Source of the DNA: a virus
Taxonomy: Duplodnaviria > Caudoviricetes
Direction: 5' to 3' (one strand)
DNA length: 64,000 nt
IMG/VR virus record: IMGVR_UViG_3300032038_000015
Location: 32,001-96,000 of that record
Below, piece after piece: positions 19,685-30,084 of the stretch. Below the pieces are notes generated by a model. That model was not told where the DNA came from and did no database searches. It was given only the letters and a program-made list of their open reading frames with translations. How positions within the stretch are numbered: position 1 is the stretch's first letter; each line of letters opens with the position of its first letter. The position numbers and the translations under genes are program-made.

Positions 19685-20179
19685 ATGATTCAGGTTAGTA
19701 TTGCAAAACATGCAGTAGCTTTCCCTTCTAAGGTTCTCGCAAGAGATGGTGGAAAGCATATTTATAACATTCAGTTAGCAGAAGCAGCTAGTGCTTATGT
19801 GGATAATGGCTGGTTCGTTGGCAAGGGCGATTTTATTGAGTTAGATCTTTATAAAGCAGCAGCACCTACTTCATTTGAAGGAAAGGTCGTTGGTAAGGCA
19901 AATAATGGAAATTTCTATGTAGAAGTAGTAACTCCTGGAGATGCCCTGTTTGTATACCAGGTACCAATGATCGAGGAGACATATAGCAACACATTTAAGA
20001 AAGAAAGCAACTATACAAACGCTCCTACTCAGGTAGTTAGAGCTTATGAACTCGCAGTTGGTGATGTAGTTGAAATTTCAGCAGATGGATTTTCTGGTGA
20101 CATCGCTGTTAAAGACGGTGTTGAACTCAAAGCAATTTCTGGTGTAACTGCCGCTATGCAGCTTACAAAGAAAGCCTAA
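19685..20179 (+). CDS. capsid decoration or minor head protein
   Basis: Lies between scaffold and major capsid genes; strong RBS. Confidence 0.6.
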   Translation: MIQVSIAKHAVAFPSKVLARDGGKHIYNIQLAEAASAYVDNGWFVGKGDFIELDLYKAAAPTSFEGKVVGKANNGNFYVEVVTPGDALFVYQVPMIEETYSNTFKKESNYTNAPTQVVRAYELAVGDVVEISADGFSGDIAVKDGVELKAISGVTAAMQLTKKA

Positions 20180-20204
20180 TTTTTGAGAAAGGAGAAATAA
20201 ATAA

Positions 20205-21263
20205 ATGTTAGATACAAGTGTAAAAAATCTTATGTTTGACCTCGGTGCAGGTCGTGAAATTTATGATACTGATTCTAATCGTGTAATTTCTAAGGCAGAA
20301 GCTAGTGACACAATTAGAAAGGCTTGTTTCGATTTCCTTGGACTTACTAAGGATTCTACAAATAAGCAGATTAAGAGAGCTTTAAACTCTGAGAGAGGAA
20401 CACAGTTCTTCGAGGTAATTGAAGAGATTATTGATACTCAGATTGCTCATGGACTTTCTGAGAATGAGTTCTTCAATAACTATGTTGAGTCTAAAAACAT
20501 GAAAGATGGAGATGTAAATGAATTCTGGGCTGATGATGAAGTATTACTTACTGTAAGCAAGATCAGCGGTGACGCACATGACTTATCCATTCAGCGTTTA
20601 GGTTCTGGTCAGTCTTATCATGTTGATACAGCAGTATATGGTATCAAGGTTGGTGGAGATATTCGTCTCTTCTTAACTGGTCGTAAGGATTGGGGTGCTT
20701 TCGTGGATGCGGTTGTTAAGGCTTATATCCAGAAGGTTCAGACACTCATTTCTTCTCAGTTTGCAAATGGTGTAAACCTTATTCCTGTTCCTGCTACTCT
20801 CAAGGGTACTGGTGCTTTAGCCGCTTCTACAAAGGCTCAGTTTGATGCAATTATCGAAAAGGTTGGTGCTGCTAACGAAAGCGGTGTTGTAATCATGGGT
20901 ACTAAGACAGCATTAAAGTCTCTTAATGCTCTTACAAAGGTTGATTGGGCTGATCCTGCTAATTCAATTAAGGAGTCTGTAGCAAACACAGGTATTATCG
21001 GTGGCTACGAAGGAACACCTCTTATGGAGATCCCACAGAAGTTTACTGATAAGTCTCTTGCTACTCCTATCGTTGATAATAAGAAGCTCTATATTATGCC
21101 AGCAGTTGATGATAGATTTATCAAGTTTGTTGACTATGGAGAGACTGAACTTGAAGTAAACGAAAAAGGTGCTACTAAGGATGATATGCAGTCTTATGAG
21201 GTACAGAGACGTATGGGTGTCGCAACTCTTATGACTCGTTATCATGGTGAGTGGGATCTGTAA
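20205..21263 (+). CDS. major capsid protein
   Basis: 352 aa; synteny; codon usage typical of highly expressed genes. Confidence 0.8.
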   Translation: MLDTSVKNLMFDLGAGREIYDTDSNRVISKAEASDTIRKACFDFLGLTKDSTNKQIKRALNSERGTQFFEVIEEIIDTQIAHGLSENEFFNNYVESKNMKDGDVNEFWADDEVLLTVSKISGDAHDLSIQRLGSGQSYHVDTAVYGIKVGGDIRLFLTGRKDWGAFVDAVVKAYIQKVQTLISSQFANGVNLIPVPATLKGTGALAASTKAQFDAIIEKVGAANESGVVIMGTKTALKSLNALTKVDWADPANSIKESVANTGIIGGYEGTPLMEIPQKFTDKSLATPIVDNKKLYIMPAVDDRFIKFVDYGETELEVNEKGATKDDMQSYEVQRRMGVATLMTRYHGEWDL

Positions 21264-21334
21264 GATTTACTTATAGATTGATTATACGGAGGGTGGATTA
21301 CCACTCTCCTATTTTTGAAAGGAATTGAAAGGAA

Positions 21335-21874
21335 ATGGCATATACAAAGAAAACTGCTACTACTAGTAGTACAGAAAAGGTAACAAAAACTACAGAAGTT
21401 AAAGAAGATGTAAAAACATTTTCACCCGAAGATACTGTTCCATGTCGTTCATTAGTAAGTGGTGGACTTTATATCGAGGGAGCACGTTCACACATCCTTT
21501 ATAGTTGGGCTGATTGTGGAGATGTAGTTGATGTTGAATACAGAGATTTAATTTATCTCGTTAGAACTCGTGAAGATGTAAACATTTATTCACCAAGAAT
21601 TATTATTGAGGATGAAGATTTTGTTGAACAGAATAAGTCTGTAAAAGACTTATATGAGTCCATGTATGAAACAAGTGACTTAAATGAGATTTTAAATCTT
21701 CCTGTTCCTCAGATGTCAGAAACAATTAAAAAGCTTCCAAAGGGAGCAAAGGAAGCTCTTAAAGGTATTGCTTCTACAATGATTGAATCTCATGCACTTG
21801 ATTCAGTTCACAAAATTAAGGCTCTTGATGAAATTTTTGGTACAAAAATGTTACTTACATTAGTTCAGGAATAG
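21335..21874 (+). CDS. head-associated hypothetical protein
   Basis: Synteny. Confidence 0.55.
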   Translation: MAYTKKTATTSSTEKVTKTTEVKEDVKTFSPEDTVPCRSLVSGGLYIEGARSHILYSWADCGDVVDVEYRDLIYLVRTREDVNIYSPRIIIEDEDFVEQNKSVKDLYESMYETSDLNEILNLPVPQMSETIKKLPKGAKEALKGIASTMIESHALDSVHKIKALDEIFGTKMLLTLVQE

Positions 21875-21889
21875 TAAAGGAGGCTCACA

Positions 21890-22345
21890 ATGACGCTTCC
21901 ATACGAAACAATTTTTTCACGAACAAGAGGACGAATTTCAGATCCGAAGGAACTCTCTCTTGATGAAAATGATTTGCTTGAGATATATACAGAACGATTA
22001 AGCAATGTAATTTCTAATCCAAGAGTGCGTAGATTATTCTCTTCTCTCACACTCGATGATGAAATTCAACAGTTGGATTTTACACTGAATAATTCAGTAG
22101 ACGAAACGGCTGATATGAATTTTGTCGTAGGAATTCTTGTACTTGGAATGACGATTGAGTGGTTACAACCACAGGTTGATTCTATTATGCACACATCAGT
22201 AATGATAGGTGGCAAGGAAGAAAAGAAGCTACTTGATAATCATAAAAATATGATTGACCGTCTGGATTCCATGAAAACTGAATTGAATAAACGTATTCGT
22301 GATTACGGATATATGTACAATTCTTATATCAACACGGAGTCATAA
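21890..22345 (+). CDS. putative head-tail adaptor
   Basis: Synteny and size. Confidence 0.55.
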   Translation: MTLPYETIFSRTRGRISDPKELSLDENDLLEIYTERLSNVISNPRVRRLFSSLTLDDEIQQLDFTLNNSVDETADMNFVVGILVLGMTIEWLQPQVDSIMHTSVMIGGKEEKKLLDNHKNMIDRLDSMKTELNKRIRDYGYMYNSYINTES

Positions 22346-22346
22346 T

Positions 22347-22712
22347 ATGCAATACATATATGGCAACTTCACAGACAAGCAAATCAATGAAGCAGTTCGT
22401 GCAATGCATGGTGACATTCACAAACTACTACTTTATAAAGACAAGACAATTGAAGAGAAAATATTTGAAGATGACGAAGCATTTCTCGTCTTCTTTGAGA
22501 ATGTTATGTTTAAATTAGGTGGTACAAAAACCTTATTTAATGATAATGGACTTATGGTAACTCTTATGGCAACTTTACAAGGTGCTATGGATAATTTCAA
22601 GAGTGACCATTTTAGTTACAAAAAATTCCGTAGAGCAATCTTAGATTCTCACGGATATATTAAAGCAATGTTTGAGGAGGTGGATTGCGATGCCGAGTCT
22701 ACAGACAGCTAG
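22347..22712 (+). CDS. hypothetical protein
   Basis: Start placed at ATG 22347, after the GGAG RBS. Confidence 0.55.
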   Translation: MQYIYGNFTDKQINEAVRAMHGDIHKLLLYKDKTIEEKIFEDDEAFLVFFENVMFKLGGTKTLFNDNGLMVTLMATLQGAMDNFKSDHFSYKKFRRAILDSHGYIKAMFEEVDCDAESTDS

Positions 22713-23952
22713 GCGTGTCGCAAACGCCAAGAACAACGGAGCTAAAACGATTGGTCAGATTTATAAGGAACAGTCTGATTGGGCGATGGAACAGACATTT
22801 GAAAACGACATCGCTACTAGGACTTGTTATATCTACGACCATTTTCATGATGACTTCTTCACAGATGAACATGGAATCACACGTTCACTTGCTGAAGGTA
22901 TGACATACGAAAATACCAATAAGACAAAAATAGACGCAAAGTTTATTATTAAATCTTATCAGTCAATGGATAAAGATCAAGTGGAATACTATCTTATGTT
23001 TCGTCCAAGCCAGCCTGTAAGATTCAATGAAGGTGATGACCTTTATTATTATGAGACTGATTTTAGGAAACGCTATGGAGCGACATTTCCGATAGGGCTT
23101 TTCGTGGACGTTCCAGATGATAGAGGAATTTATCATAAGTGGATTGTCTGTCGTAATGAACCTGCAAATCAGTTTCCAAAATATCTGATTTTACCAGTAA
23201 ATTACGAACTTACATGGATTGAAAAATCTAATGATAAGCGCATCAAGAGACGTATGTGGTGTTGTTTAAGACAACAGAATTCCTACACTATAGGCACTTA
23301 CACCGACCGATATTTTACACATACTGATAATCAGGATAAGATATGGTTGCCAATGAACTCTATTACAGAGAAGTTTTGGTACACTTCTGAAGATTCTAAA
23401 AATATGCGTGTTGTAGTAAGTGCTTTAACAGAACATCCTACTGTATGGACAGTGACTAAGGTTGAAAATTCAATGCCACTTGGTATTCAAAAACTTACTA
23501 TATATACGGCATTTTGGAACGAGCGTACTGATTATGTCAATCTTGAAACAGGCGAAATGTATGCGAACTATTTCGATTCAGAAATTGCCCCAACAGATCC
23601 ATCTACTCCAACCACTCCCCCATCTTCTATCACAGCAAGAATTTCAGCATCCACTTCAACAATTAAAGTTGGTGGCTCTTATAAAAATCTCACAGTAAAT
23701 CTATTTAATGATTCCAATGAAGATATTACAACTGAATATGCTGATGCAACTTTTACATGGACTTGCTCTATTGATAATGAAGACTGGACTGATAAAGTAA
23801 CATGGCGAGTTGGTACAGAGTATAACCAAAAGAAAGTAAAGTTTCCTAACGACAGTTCCGTTATCGGCAAAATACTGTCGATTAAGTGTGAAATTGTTAA
23901 GGATAACTTGCCGATTGAATCTGAAATTTTACCATTGGAACTAACTGAGTAA
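22690..23952 (+). CDS. putative head-closure/neck protein with C-terminal Ig-like domain
   Basis: RBS GAGGAGG; Pro/Thr linker followed by a beta-rich domain. Confidence 0.55.
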   Translation: MPSLQTARRVANAKNNGAKTIGQIYKEQSDWAMEQTFENDIATRTCYIYDHFHDDFFTDEHGITRSLAEGMTYENTNKTKIDAKFIIKSYQSMDKDQVEYYLMFRPSQPVRFNEGDDLYYYETDFRKRYGATFPIGLFVDVPDDRGIYHKWIVCRNEPANQFPKYLILPVNYELTWIEKSNDKRIKRRMWCCLRQQNSYTIGTYTDRYFTHTDNQDKIWLPMNSITEKFWYTSEDSKNMRVVVSALTEHPTVWTVTKVENSMPLGIQKLTIYTAFWNERTDYVNLETGEMYANYFDSEIAPTDPSTPTTPPSSITARISASTSTIKVGGSYKNLTVNLFNDSNEDITTEYADATFTWTCSIDNEDWTDKVTWRVGTEYNQKKVKFPNDSSVIGKILSIKCEIVKDNLPIESEILPLELTE

Positions 23953-23966
23953 GGAGGTGTTTTTAT

Positions 23967-24617
23967 ATGGCAGAAAAATTAGTTACAAAAAATGACTTGT
24001 TGAATAAGCTTCGTGTATATAACAACACTCCTGATGATGAAAATATTCAGTATAAGAAAAAGATTGAAAAAGCACTTATGCTTAATCCATGTCTTTTATA
24101 TGCACTTAATGAAAAATCATTAGAATCTGAACTTTTTGATGATGATGGTAATATTAACTGGGAATGGAACGAAGATACAAAAGAATATGAACCTATTGGT
24201 GAATGGGATAGATATTTTGGTGGAACATCTAACATCCGTCCTTATTTATTTATTCCAGATACTCAGACTGAGGTAAAACATTATATCTGTTATCAAGTAT
24301 CTTTTGATGAGATGCCTCGTTATCAGGATACATTAAAGTATACGAATATTACATTTACTATTTTTGTGCATGGTAACGATAGAGATGATAAATTAACTGG
24401 CATTCCAAGACATGATCTTATTGCTTCTATTATAAGAGAGAGATTTAATTGGTCGAATATATTTGGAATGCAGACACATCTTATCTCTTCTAGGGAATCT
24501 GCTACAGATAATAATTATCTTGTTCGTACTCTTGTATTCCAAGTTGTTGATACTAATGGAATTCATAGAACAACAGATGGAAAGCCTTCTATTGTAAATT
24601 ACGGTGTAAGGCGGTGA
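23967..24617 (+). CDS. putative tail terminator/completion protein
   Basis: Synteny; RHDLIASII motif. Confidence 0.5.
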   Translation: MAEKLVTKNDLLNKLRVYNNTPDDENIQYKKKIEKALMLNPCLLYALNEKSLESELFDDDGNINWEWNEDTKEYEPIGEWDRYFGGTSNIRPYLFIPDTQTEVKHYICYQVSFDEMPRYQDTLKYTNITFTIFVHGNDRDDKLTGIPRHDLIASIIRERFNWSNIFGMQTHLISSRESATDNNYLVRTLVFQVVDTNGIHRTTDGKPSIVNYGVRR

Positions 24618-24621
24618 TTGC

Positions 24622-25455
24622 TTGGATGTATTAGAAACATTGGATAGTCTTCAATCTGCTGCCGAAGAAGATGTTAAAAAGAAACAAGAAAAAAGTCGTA
24701 AACCAGAATACCATTTCGACAAACTTAAAATGTATTTTGGTGAGGATTATACAATAAATGGTATAACTATTTCAATTCCAACCATAGGAGATATTTTGAA
24801 TATTGGTGAGTCCAAATTTTATCAAGCAATATCTCCTTTTCTTAGTAATTCTACCTCCATTCGAGTTCTTCTATATGATGTATTCAAAAAAGACTGGAAT
24901 AAAACAAAAGATATTGAAGTGTTTTATATCTTATATCAATTGCTTGAAGATAAAGAACCGCTAAAGCTACTATTCAAAGATTTTAGTTTTGATGGATTTG
25001 AACTAATTCAAGCAAGAAAAAATGTTGACGATCCAGAATACAATCATCTTGCACTTTTTAATCAAGATAAAAATATGATTATTTATGATGATGAATACAT
25101 GGAAATTGCTGAATTTATTCGAGCAATGATGAATGTTCATCCAAAGGTGGAAAAAGCAAAAGGCAGAACAACAAAACAATGGATTTTACAGGAAGATAGA
25201 ATGAAAGCTGAACAGGATGATAAAAAGAAAGGTACATCAACTCTTTTACCACTTGTTTCGAGTTGTATAAATCATCCTGGTTTTAAATATAAGTTGGAAG
25301 AATTAAAACAAGTGAACATATGTCAATTCATGGATTCTGTAAACAGAATTCAAAAATATGAACAGGGAACGGCTGCTCTACACGGAATTTACGGTGGTAT
25401 GGTGTCAGCCAAAGACATTCCTGAAGATTTAATCAATTTTATGGGCGATATTTAA
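24622..25455 (+). CDS. hypothetical tail-region protein
   Basis: ORF in the tail module. Confidence 0.55.
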   Translation: MDVLETLDSLQSAAEEDVKKKQEKSRKPEYHFDKLKMYFGEDYTINGITISIPTIGDILNIGESKFYQAISPFLSNSTSIRVLLYDVFKKDWNKTKDIEVFYILYQLLEDKEPLKLLFKDFSFDGFELIQARKNVDDPEYNHLALFNQDKNMIIYDDEYMEIAEFIRAMMNVHPKVEKAKGRTTKQWILQEDRMKAEQDDKKKGTSTLLPLVSSCINHPGFKYKLEELKQVNICQFMDSVNRIQKYEQGTAALHGIYGGMVSAKDIPEDLINFMGDI

Positions 25456-25506
25456 TCGCTCATTTTTATTGCATAAAAATAACAATTTTAAAGGAGGAAA
25501 ATAATT

Positions 25507-26343
25507 ATGGCATTTAAATTAGGTGACGTAATCGTAGATAGACTTCAGTTTGGTTACGGTGCAAAAACCAATGGTACACCTTTGTATGCTTTAACACAGC
25601 TTACACAGGCAAATATTGATATTACTGCTGAGTCAACAGATATTAATGATAAGGATGGAAACCTTGTATACCGTAAGTATACAGGTAAGAAAGGTGAGGT
25701 TACTGCAACTAATGCATTCCTTAACCTTGCCGTTGTAGAAACTATTTCTGCTACTGATGCTGAAATCGCAACCACGGATAAAGGCGTTGTTATGCCAATG
25801 ATTCAAATTGTAAAAGCTGGTGACACACTTGATATCACTGGGTATGTTGAAGGTTCTATTCATGTAAATGCTCTTTCTACAAAGGGTTCTATGGGTAAGG
25901 ACGAATTTAAGAAAGGATCTGCTGCTTCTGCTACTGAATATGCAATTAACCATACCGATGCTTCGGGTGATCCAGATAATACACCTGCGAGTGATGTATT
26001 AGTACCACCTACCGCAGATGGTGAAACTCAGTATATTGTCAAGTATAAGAAGACAATTAAGAGCGGAGCAAAGATTACCAACTCTGGTAAAAAGTTCCCT
26101 AAGTCTCATGAGTTGTTCTTCAAGGCACTTGTAGTAGATAAGTGTGAAACTGATGTGTTAAAAGCAGCTATCATTCATATCCCTTCATTTATGCCAAGTC
26201 CTGAATTCTCACTTGCATTACAGGGTGGTGATTCTCAGACGATGGATTATAAGGGTTCTATGATGTTAAATGCTTGCTCTACAGATGGAGAACTTTTCTC
26301 TATTTACTACATTGACGAGGAAGATGACAATATTGAATTATAA
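25507..26343 (+). CDS. major tail (tube) protein
   Basis: Strong RBS, composition, downstream terminator and synteny. Confidence 0.7.
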   Translation: MAFKLGDVIVDRLQFGYGAKTNGTPLYALTQLTQANIDITAESTDINDKDGNLVYRKYTGKKGEVTATNAFLNLAVVETISATDAEIATTDKGVVMPMIQIVKAGDTLDITGYVEGSIHVNALSTKGSMGKDEFKKGSAASATEYAINHTDASGDPDNTPASDVLVPPTADGETQYIVKYKKTIKSGAKITNSGKKFPKSHELFFKALVVDKCETDVLKAAIIHIPSFMPSPEFSLALQGGDSQTMDYKGSMMLNACSTDGELFSIYYIDEEDDNIEL

Positions 26344-26392
26344 GAACATTTAGGGCAGTTTAACTACTGCCCTCTTCTTACAAGGAGGAACA

Positions 26393-26767
26393 ATGGCAAA
26401 GAAAGAATTGAGAACTTGTGTACTTTGTGGTAAAACTTACTCATTCTGTCCTGTTTGTAATCCAGAAGACAGTTTGAAACCAACATGGTATTTTTGTTGG
26501 TGTTCAGATAATTGTCATGAGATTGATAAAGTTACTTCTGCTTTTGAAGATGGTCGAATGACTGATATAAAAGCTAAAGAAAAATTAGAAAAATTAGATT
26601 TAAGCAGAAAAGAATATTTTGGCGAAAGCTATAAAAATTCTATTGCTTCTATTATGAAAGCAAAAGCACAAGTTGGTAAGAAAGAAAATAAAAAGACAGA
26701 AACCAAACATATCAAAAATGGTATTATTACAAAAGTCGAAAATAAGGCGGAAAGTAATGTTGAATAG
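26393..26767 (+). CDS. Cys-rich hypothetical protein
   Basis: CxxC motifs. Confidence 0.6.
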   Translation: MAKKELRTCVLCGKTYSFCPVCNPEDSLKPTWYFCWCSDNCHEIDKVTSAFEDGRMTDIKAKEKLEKLDLSRKEYFGESYKNSIASIMKAKAQVGKKENKKTETKHIKNGIITKVENKAESNVE

Positions 26768-26853
26768 TGATTTTTAAATAAGGGATTATAACATACCACT
26801 ATTCAATGTTGTAATCCCTATTTTTTACGCTATTTACGTGAGGAATAAAAGGA

Positions 26854-27075
26854 ATGATAAAAACAAATTTAAAACCGAGAAACTATTCGATACACGAAGT
26901 TGTGAGAATAGTTAATCCAAAGCAATATTTGTTGTATATCAAAAATGGCGTATATCCAATAGATATGTACACAAGTATTGACGATGATACAAATAACATC
27001 ATTTTGGCAGTTGTATTTCTTAAAGAAGAAACAACAGACGTTTATAAGAAATGGTGTAATCATGAATTAGCATAG
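26854..27075 (+). CDS. small DUF5659-like protein
   Basis: Q..LY...GVYP...VF pattern. Confidence 0.5.
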   Translation: MIKTNLKPRNYSIHEVVRIVNPKQYLLYIKNGVYPIDMYTSIDDDTNNIILAVVFLKEETTDVYKKWCNHELA

Positions 27076-27197
27076 GACTAATTAAATGAATAGGTTGCTC
27101 AAGACAATGAGTATAAAAGTAGATGTCATACCTGTGAGTGAACGATTACGGAATCAATAGTCAGGTCGCTACTGCTATCCTATGGAAAGGAAAATTT

Positions 27198-27476
27198 ATG
27201 AACAAAATTAACTGGAAAGTTCGTTTTAACAAAGAAAATGTTTTATTTATTGGACAGGTTATTATTTCTGTAGTAATTCCAATTCTTACATATTTTGGAT
27301 TACAAGCATCAGATTTAACCACTTGGACAAAAGTATGGGAAACGTTTATACAGGCAGTAAGTAATCCATATGTCGTTGTAATGGCGTTAGTATCTTTATT
27401 TAATGCGATTACTGATCCTACTACTAAAGGAATAAAGGATTCTACGTCTGCATTATCTTATACCAAGCCTAAATAG
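27198..27476 (+). CDS. holin, phiLC3 family
   Basis: INWKVRF..; two transmembrane segments; DPTTKGIKDS. Confidence 0.9.
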   Translation: MNKINWKVRFNKENVLFIGQVIISVVIPILTYFGLQASDLTTWTKVWETFIQAVSNPYVVVMALVSLFNAITDPTTKGIKDSTSALSYTKPK

Positions 27477-27588
27477 AACTGAGGGTTAAAACAGATAAAA
27501 TAAACTTATAAAAAGTTATAAATAGTTGTTGACTTTTATAATTTTTATTGATAGAATAAAGTATAAACATTATAAGGAGATTTTAATT

Positions 27589-28188
27589 ATGAGTAAATAC
27601 TATTCTATCAATGAGTTTTCAAAAATTTTAGGAGTTTCAGCACAAACATTACGGAATTGGGATAAGAATGGAAAACTTCATCCACATCATACTTCTAGCA
27701 ATGGATATAGATATTATTCTCACGAACAATTAAATCAAGTTATGAATATAAAACCAAATCTTGATAGGATTACCATTGGTTATTGCAGAGTTTCAAGTAA
27801 TAAACAAAAAGACGATTTGGAATGTCAAATAGAGAATATGAAATTGTACTTAACTGCACAAGGAAAGCCTTTTGAGATTATTAGTGATATCGGTTCTGGA
27901 ATCAATTATAAGAAAAAAGGATTAAAAGAATTGATTAAACGAATATCTCAGAACAAGGTCGAAAAGGTTGTAGTTTTATATAAAGATAGATTATTGAGAT
28001 TTGGTTTTGAATTGGTTGAATATATCGCAAGTTTATATAATTGTGATATAGAAATAATTGACAATACTGAAAAATCAGAACAACAAGAACTTGTTGAAGA
28101 TTTAGTACAAATAATAACTGTATTCAGTTGTAAATTACAAGGAAAACGAGCAAATAAAGCAAGAAAACTTGTTAAAGAACTTATATAA
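27589..28188 (+). CDS. tnpA: IS607 TnpA serine recombinase with MerR-like HTH
   Basis: LGVSAQTLRNWD, GYCRVSS, DRLLRFGFE. Confidence 0.93.
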   Translation: MSKYYSINEFSKILGVSAQTLRNWDKNGKLHPHHTSSNGYRYYSHEQLNQVMNIKPNLDRITIGYCRVSSNKQKDDLECQIENMKLYLTAQGKPFEIISDIGSGINYKKKGLKELIKRISQNKVEKVVVLYKDRLLRFGFELVEYIASLYNCDIEIIDNTEKSEQQELVEDLVQIITVFSCKLQGKRANKARKLVKELI

Positions 28189-28204
28189 GAAGGTGGTGAA
28201 GATA

Positions 28205-29380
28205 ATGATAAAAACAATTCGAGTAATGTTACTCTCAAATAACAAACAAAAGACTAAACTATTCCAATATGCTAATACTGCTCGATTTGCTTATAATTGG
28301 GCATTAGGTAGAGAACAAGAGAATTATAAAAATGGTGAAAAATTTATATCTGACGGAGATTTACGAAAAGAGTTTACACAATTAAAGAAAGCTGATGAAT
28401 ATACTTGGCTGAATAATGTTTCTAACAATGTAACCAAACAAGCCATCAAGGATGCTTGTGAAGCATATAGAGATTTCTTCAAAGGATATACGAAATTCCC
28501 TCGTTTCAAAAGTAAGAAGTATTCAGTTCCAAAATTTTATCAGGATAATGTAAAAATTCAATTTACAGACACTCATGTAAAAGTTGAAGGATTTGCTACT
28601 TCTAAAAAGAAGAATAAGCAAAAATTAAATTGGATAAGACTTGCTGAGCATGGTAGAATCCCTACAGATTGTAAATATTGCAATCCTCGTTTCAAGTATG
28701 ATGGATTAAACTGGTGGATAACAGTTGGAATTGAATACGAAGATTACACTACTCTTCCATCAAATGAAGGTGTTGGAATTGATTTAGGAATCAAAGACCT
28801 AGCAATATGTTCTAATGGAAACACATATAAGAACATAAATAAGTCTCAAAAGGTAAAGAAATTAGAGAAAAGAAAATGCAAGTTGCAGCGTTCTATATCA
28901 AGAAAATATGAGAAAAACAGGAAAGGGGGAAGTTACTGTAAAACAAGTAACATTATAAAAAGTGAAAAAGAACTTTTAAAATTAAATCACAGACTAACGA
29001 ATATTCGTCAGAATTATTTACATCAGACTACTACTGAGATAGTGAAAACCAAGCCATCTTATATAGTATTAGAAGATTTGAATGTAAAAGGAATGATGAA
29101 GAACAGACATTTATCTAAAGCTGTTCAGCAACAATGTTTTGGAGAATTTAGACGACAAATTGAATATAAATCTGCGTGGAATAATATTAAAGTAATTATT
29201 GCAGACAGATTCTTTCCAAGTTCTAAATTATGTAGTTGTTGTGGGAATATTAAGAAAGATTTGAAGTTATCAGACCGTATTTACAAATGTGAGTGTGGAA
29301 ATGTAATTGACAGAGATTATCAAGCAGCTTTAAATCTAAAAAGATATGGAGAAAATGTGATGAAACAATCTGTAGCATAA
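28205..29380 (+). CDS. tnpB: IS607 TnpB RNA-guided nuclease
   Basis: RuvC D/E/D intact (GIDLG, LEDL, DRD); zinc finger. Confidence 0.93.
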   Translation: MIKTIRVMLLSNNKQKTKLFQYANTARFAYNWALGREQENYKNGEKFISDGDLRKEFTQLKKADEYTWLNNVSNNVTKQAIKDACEAYRDFFKGYTKFPRFKSKKYSVPKFYQDNVKIQFTDTHVKVEGFATSKKKNKQKLNWIRLAEHGRIPTDCKYCNPRFKYDGLNWWITVGIEYEDYTTLPSNEGVGIDLGIKDLAICSNGNTYKNINKSQKVKKLEKRKCKLQRSISRKYEKNRKGGSYCKTSNIIKSEKELLKLNHRLTNIRQNYLHQTTTEIVKTKPSYIVLEDLNVKGMMKNRHLSKAVQQQCFGEFRRQIEYKSAWNNIKVIIADRFFPSSKLCSCCGNIKKDLKLSDRIYKCECGNVIDRDYQAALNLKRYGENVMKQSVA

Positions 29381-29550
29381 CACTTTCAAGTTAATACAGA
29401 TATGTACGGATACGTTAGTTCGGAATTTACGCCTATGGAGTGTACAAGAACCTGTTAGTAGATATTGTAGAAATACAAATCAAAAGCATACACTTTGAAG
29501 TAGGAATGAAACATAAAAGTTTATAACTTTTTATAAGTTTTCAGTAACGG
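29381..29550 (+). ncRNA. TnpB omegaRNA scaffold and right end (copy 2); guide starts at 29551
   Basis: Shared with 1072-1241 (one difference seen). Confidence 0.8.
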
Positions 29551-29557
29551 TAGTGCA

Positions 29558-30073
29558 ATGGACACAATTAAACAATTAACAGAATTAGATTATAAAACAC
29601 TTATTATAGGTATTGCAGTAGTTGCAGGATCATTTAAAATAGTATGTAATTTTTTCTCATGGTTCGTTTCTTATTTGGGATTGGAAACTAAAAAGATGCG
29701 ACAAAAACGAGAAGAACATGAATTACTAATTACTACTGTTAAGAATTTAGAACTTCTACAGAATAAACAAATGGAAGATGTAAGGCAATCTATAAGACAT
29801 AATGACATGATAAAAAATGAATTGCAAAATCTCTCAAAAATGTTCATAGACATGGAAATTCAAGACATTCGCTGGAATATTTTAAACTTTTGTGCAGATT
29901 TATCAAATGGTAAGGAGTTTTCAAGAGAATGTTATGATTATGTATTTAAGTTATATGATAAATACGAAAAGGTTCTTATAGATAACGGTCTTACGAATGG
30001 TCTTATAGAGCAAAGTATTGCTTATATAAGAGAAAAATATCATGATAACTTGAAATACGGAAGATTTAGTTGA
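29558..30073 (+). CDS. membrane-anchored lysis-cassette protein
   Basis: N-terminal transmembrane segment; lies between holin and endolysin. Confidence 0.6.
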   Translation: MDTIKQLTELDYKTLIIGIAVVAGSFKIVCNFFSWFVSYLGLETKKMRQKREEHELLITTVKNLELLQNKQMEDVRQSIRHNDMIKNELQNLSKMFIDMEIQDIRWNILNFCADLSNGKEFSRECYDYVFKLYDKYEKVLIDNGLTNGLIEQSIAYIREKYHDNLKYGRFS

Positions 30074-30084
30074 GGTGATAATAA

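Larger units (their letters stand above)
27484..29550 (+). mobile_element. complete IS607-family element (tnpA + tnpB + omegaRNA) inserted in the lysis cassette
   Basis: GG at both junctions; perfect 21-bp subterminal inverted repeats at 27502-27522 and 29520-29540; promoter TTGACT-17-TAGAAT at 27529-27557. Confidence 0.9.

Noticed and set aside
27484-27588. IStron (group I intron fused to IS607)
   Set aside because: Only about 100 bp lie between the left end and tnpA, with no ribozyme core.
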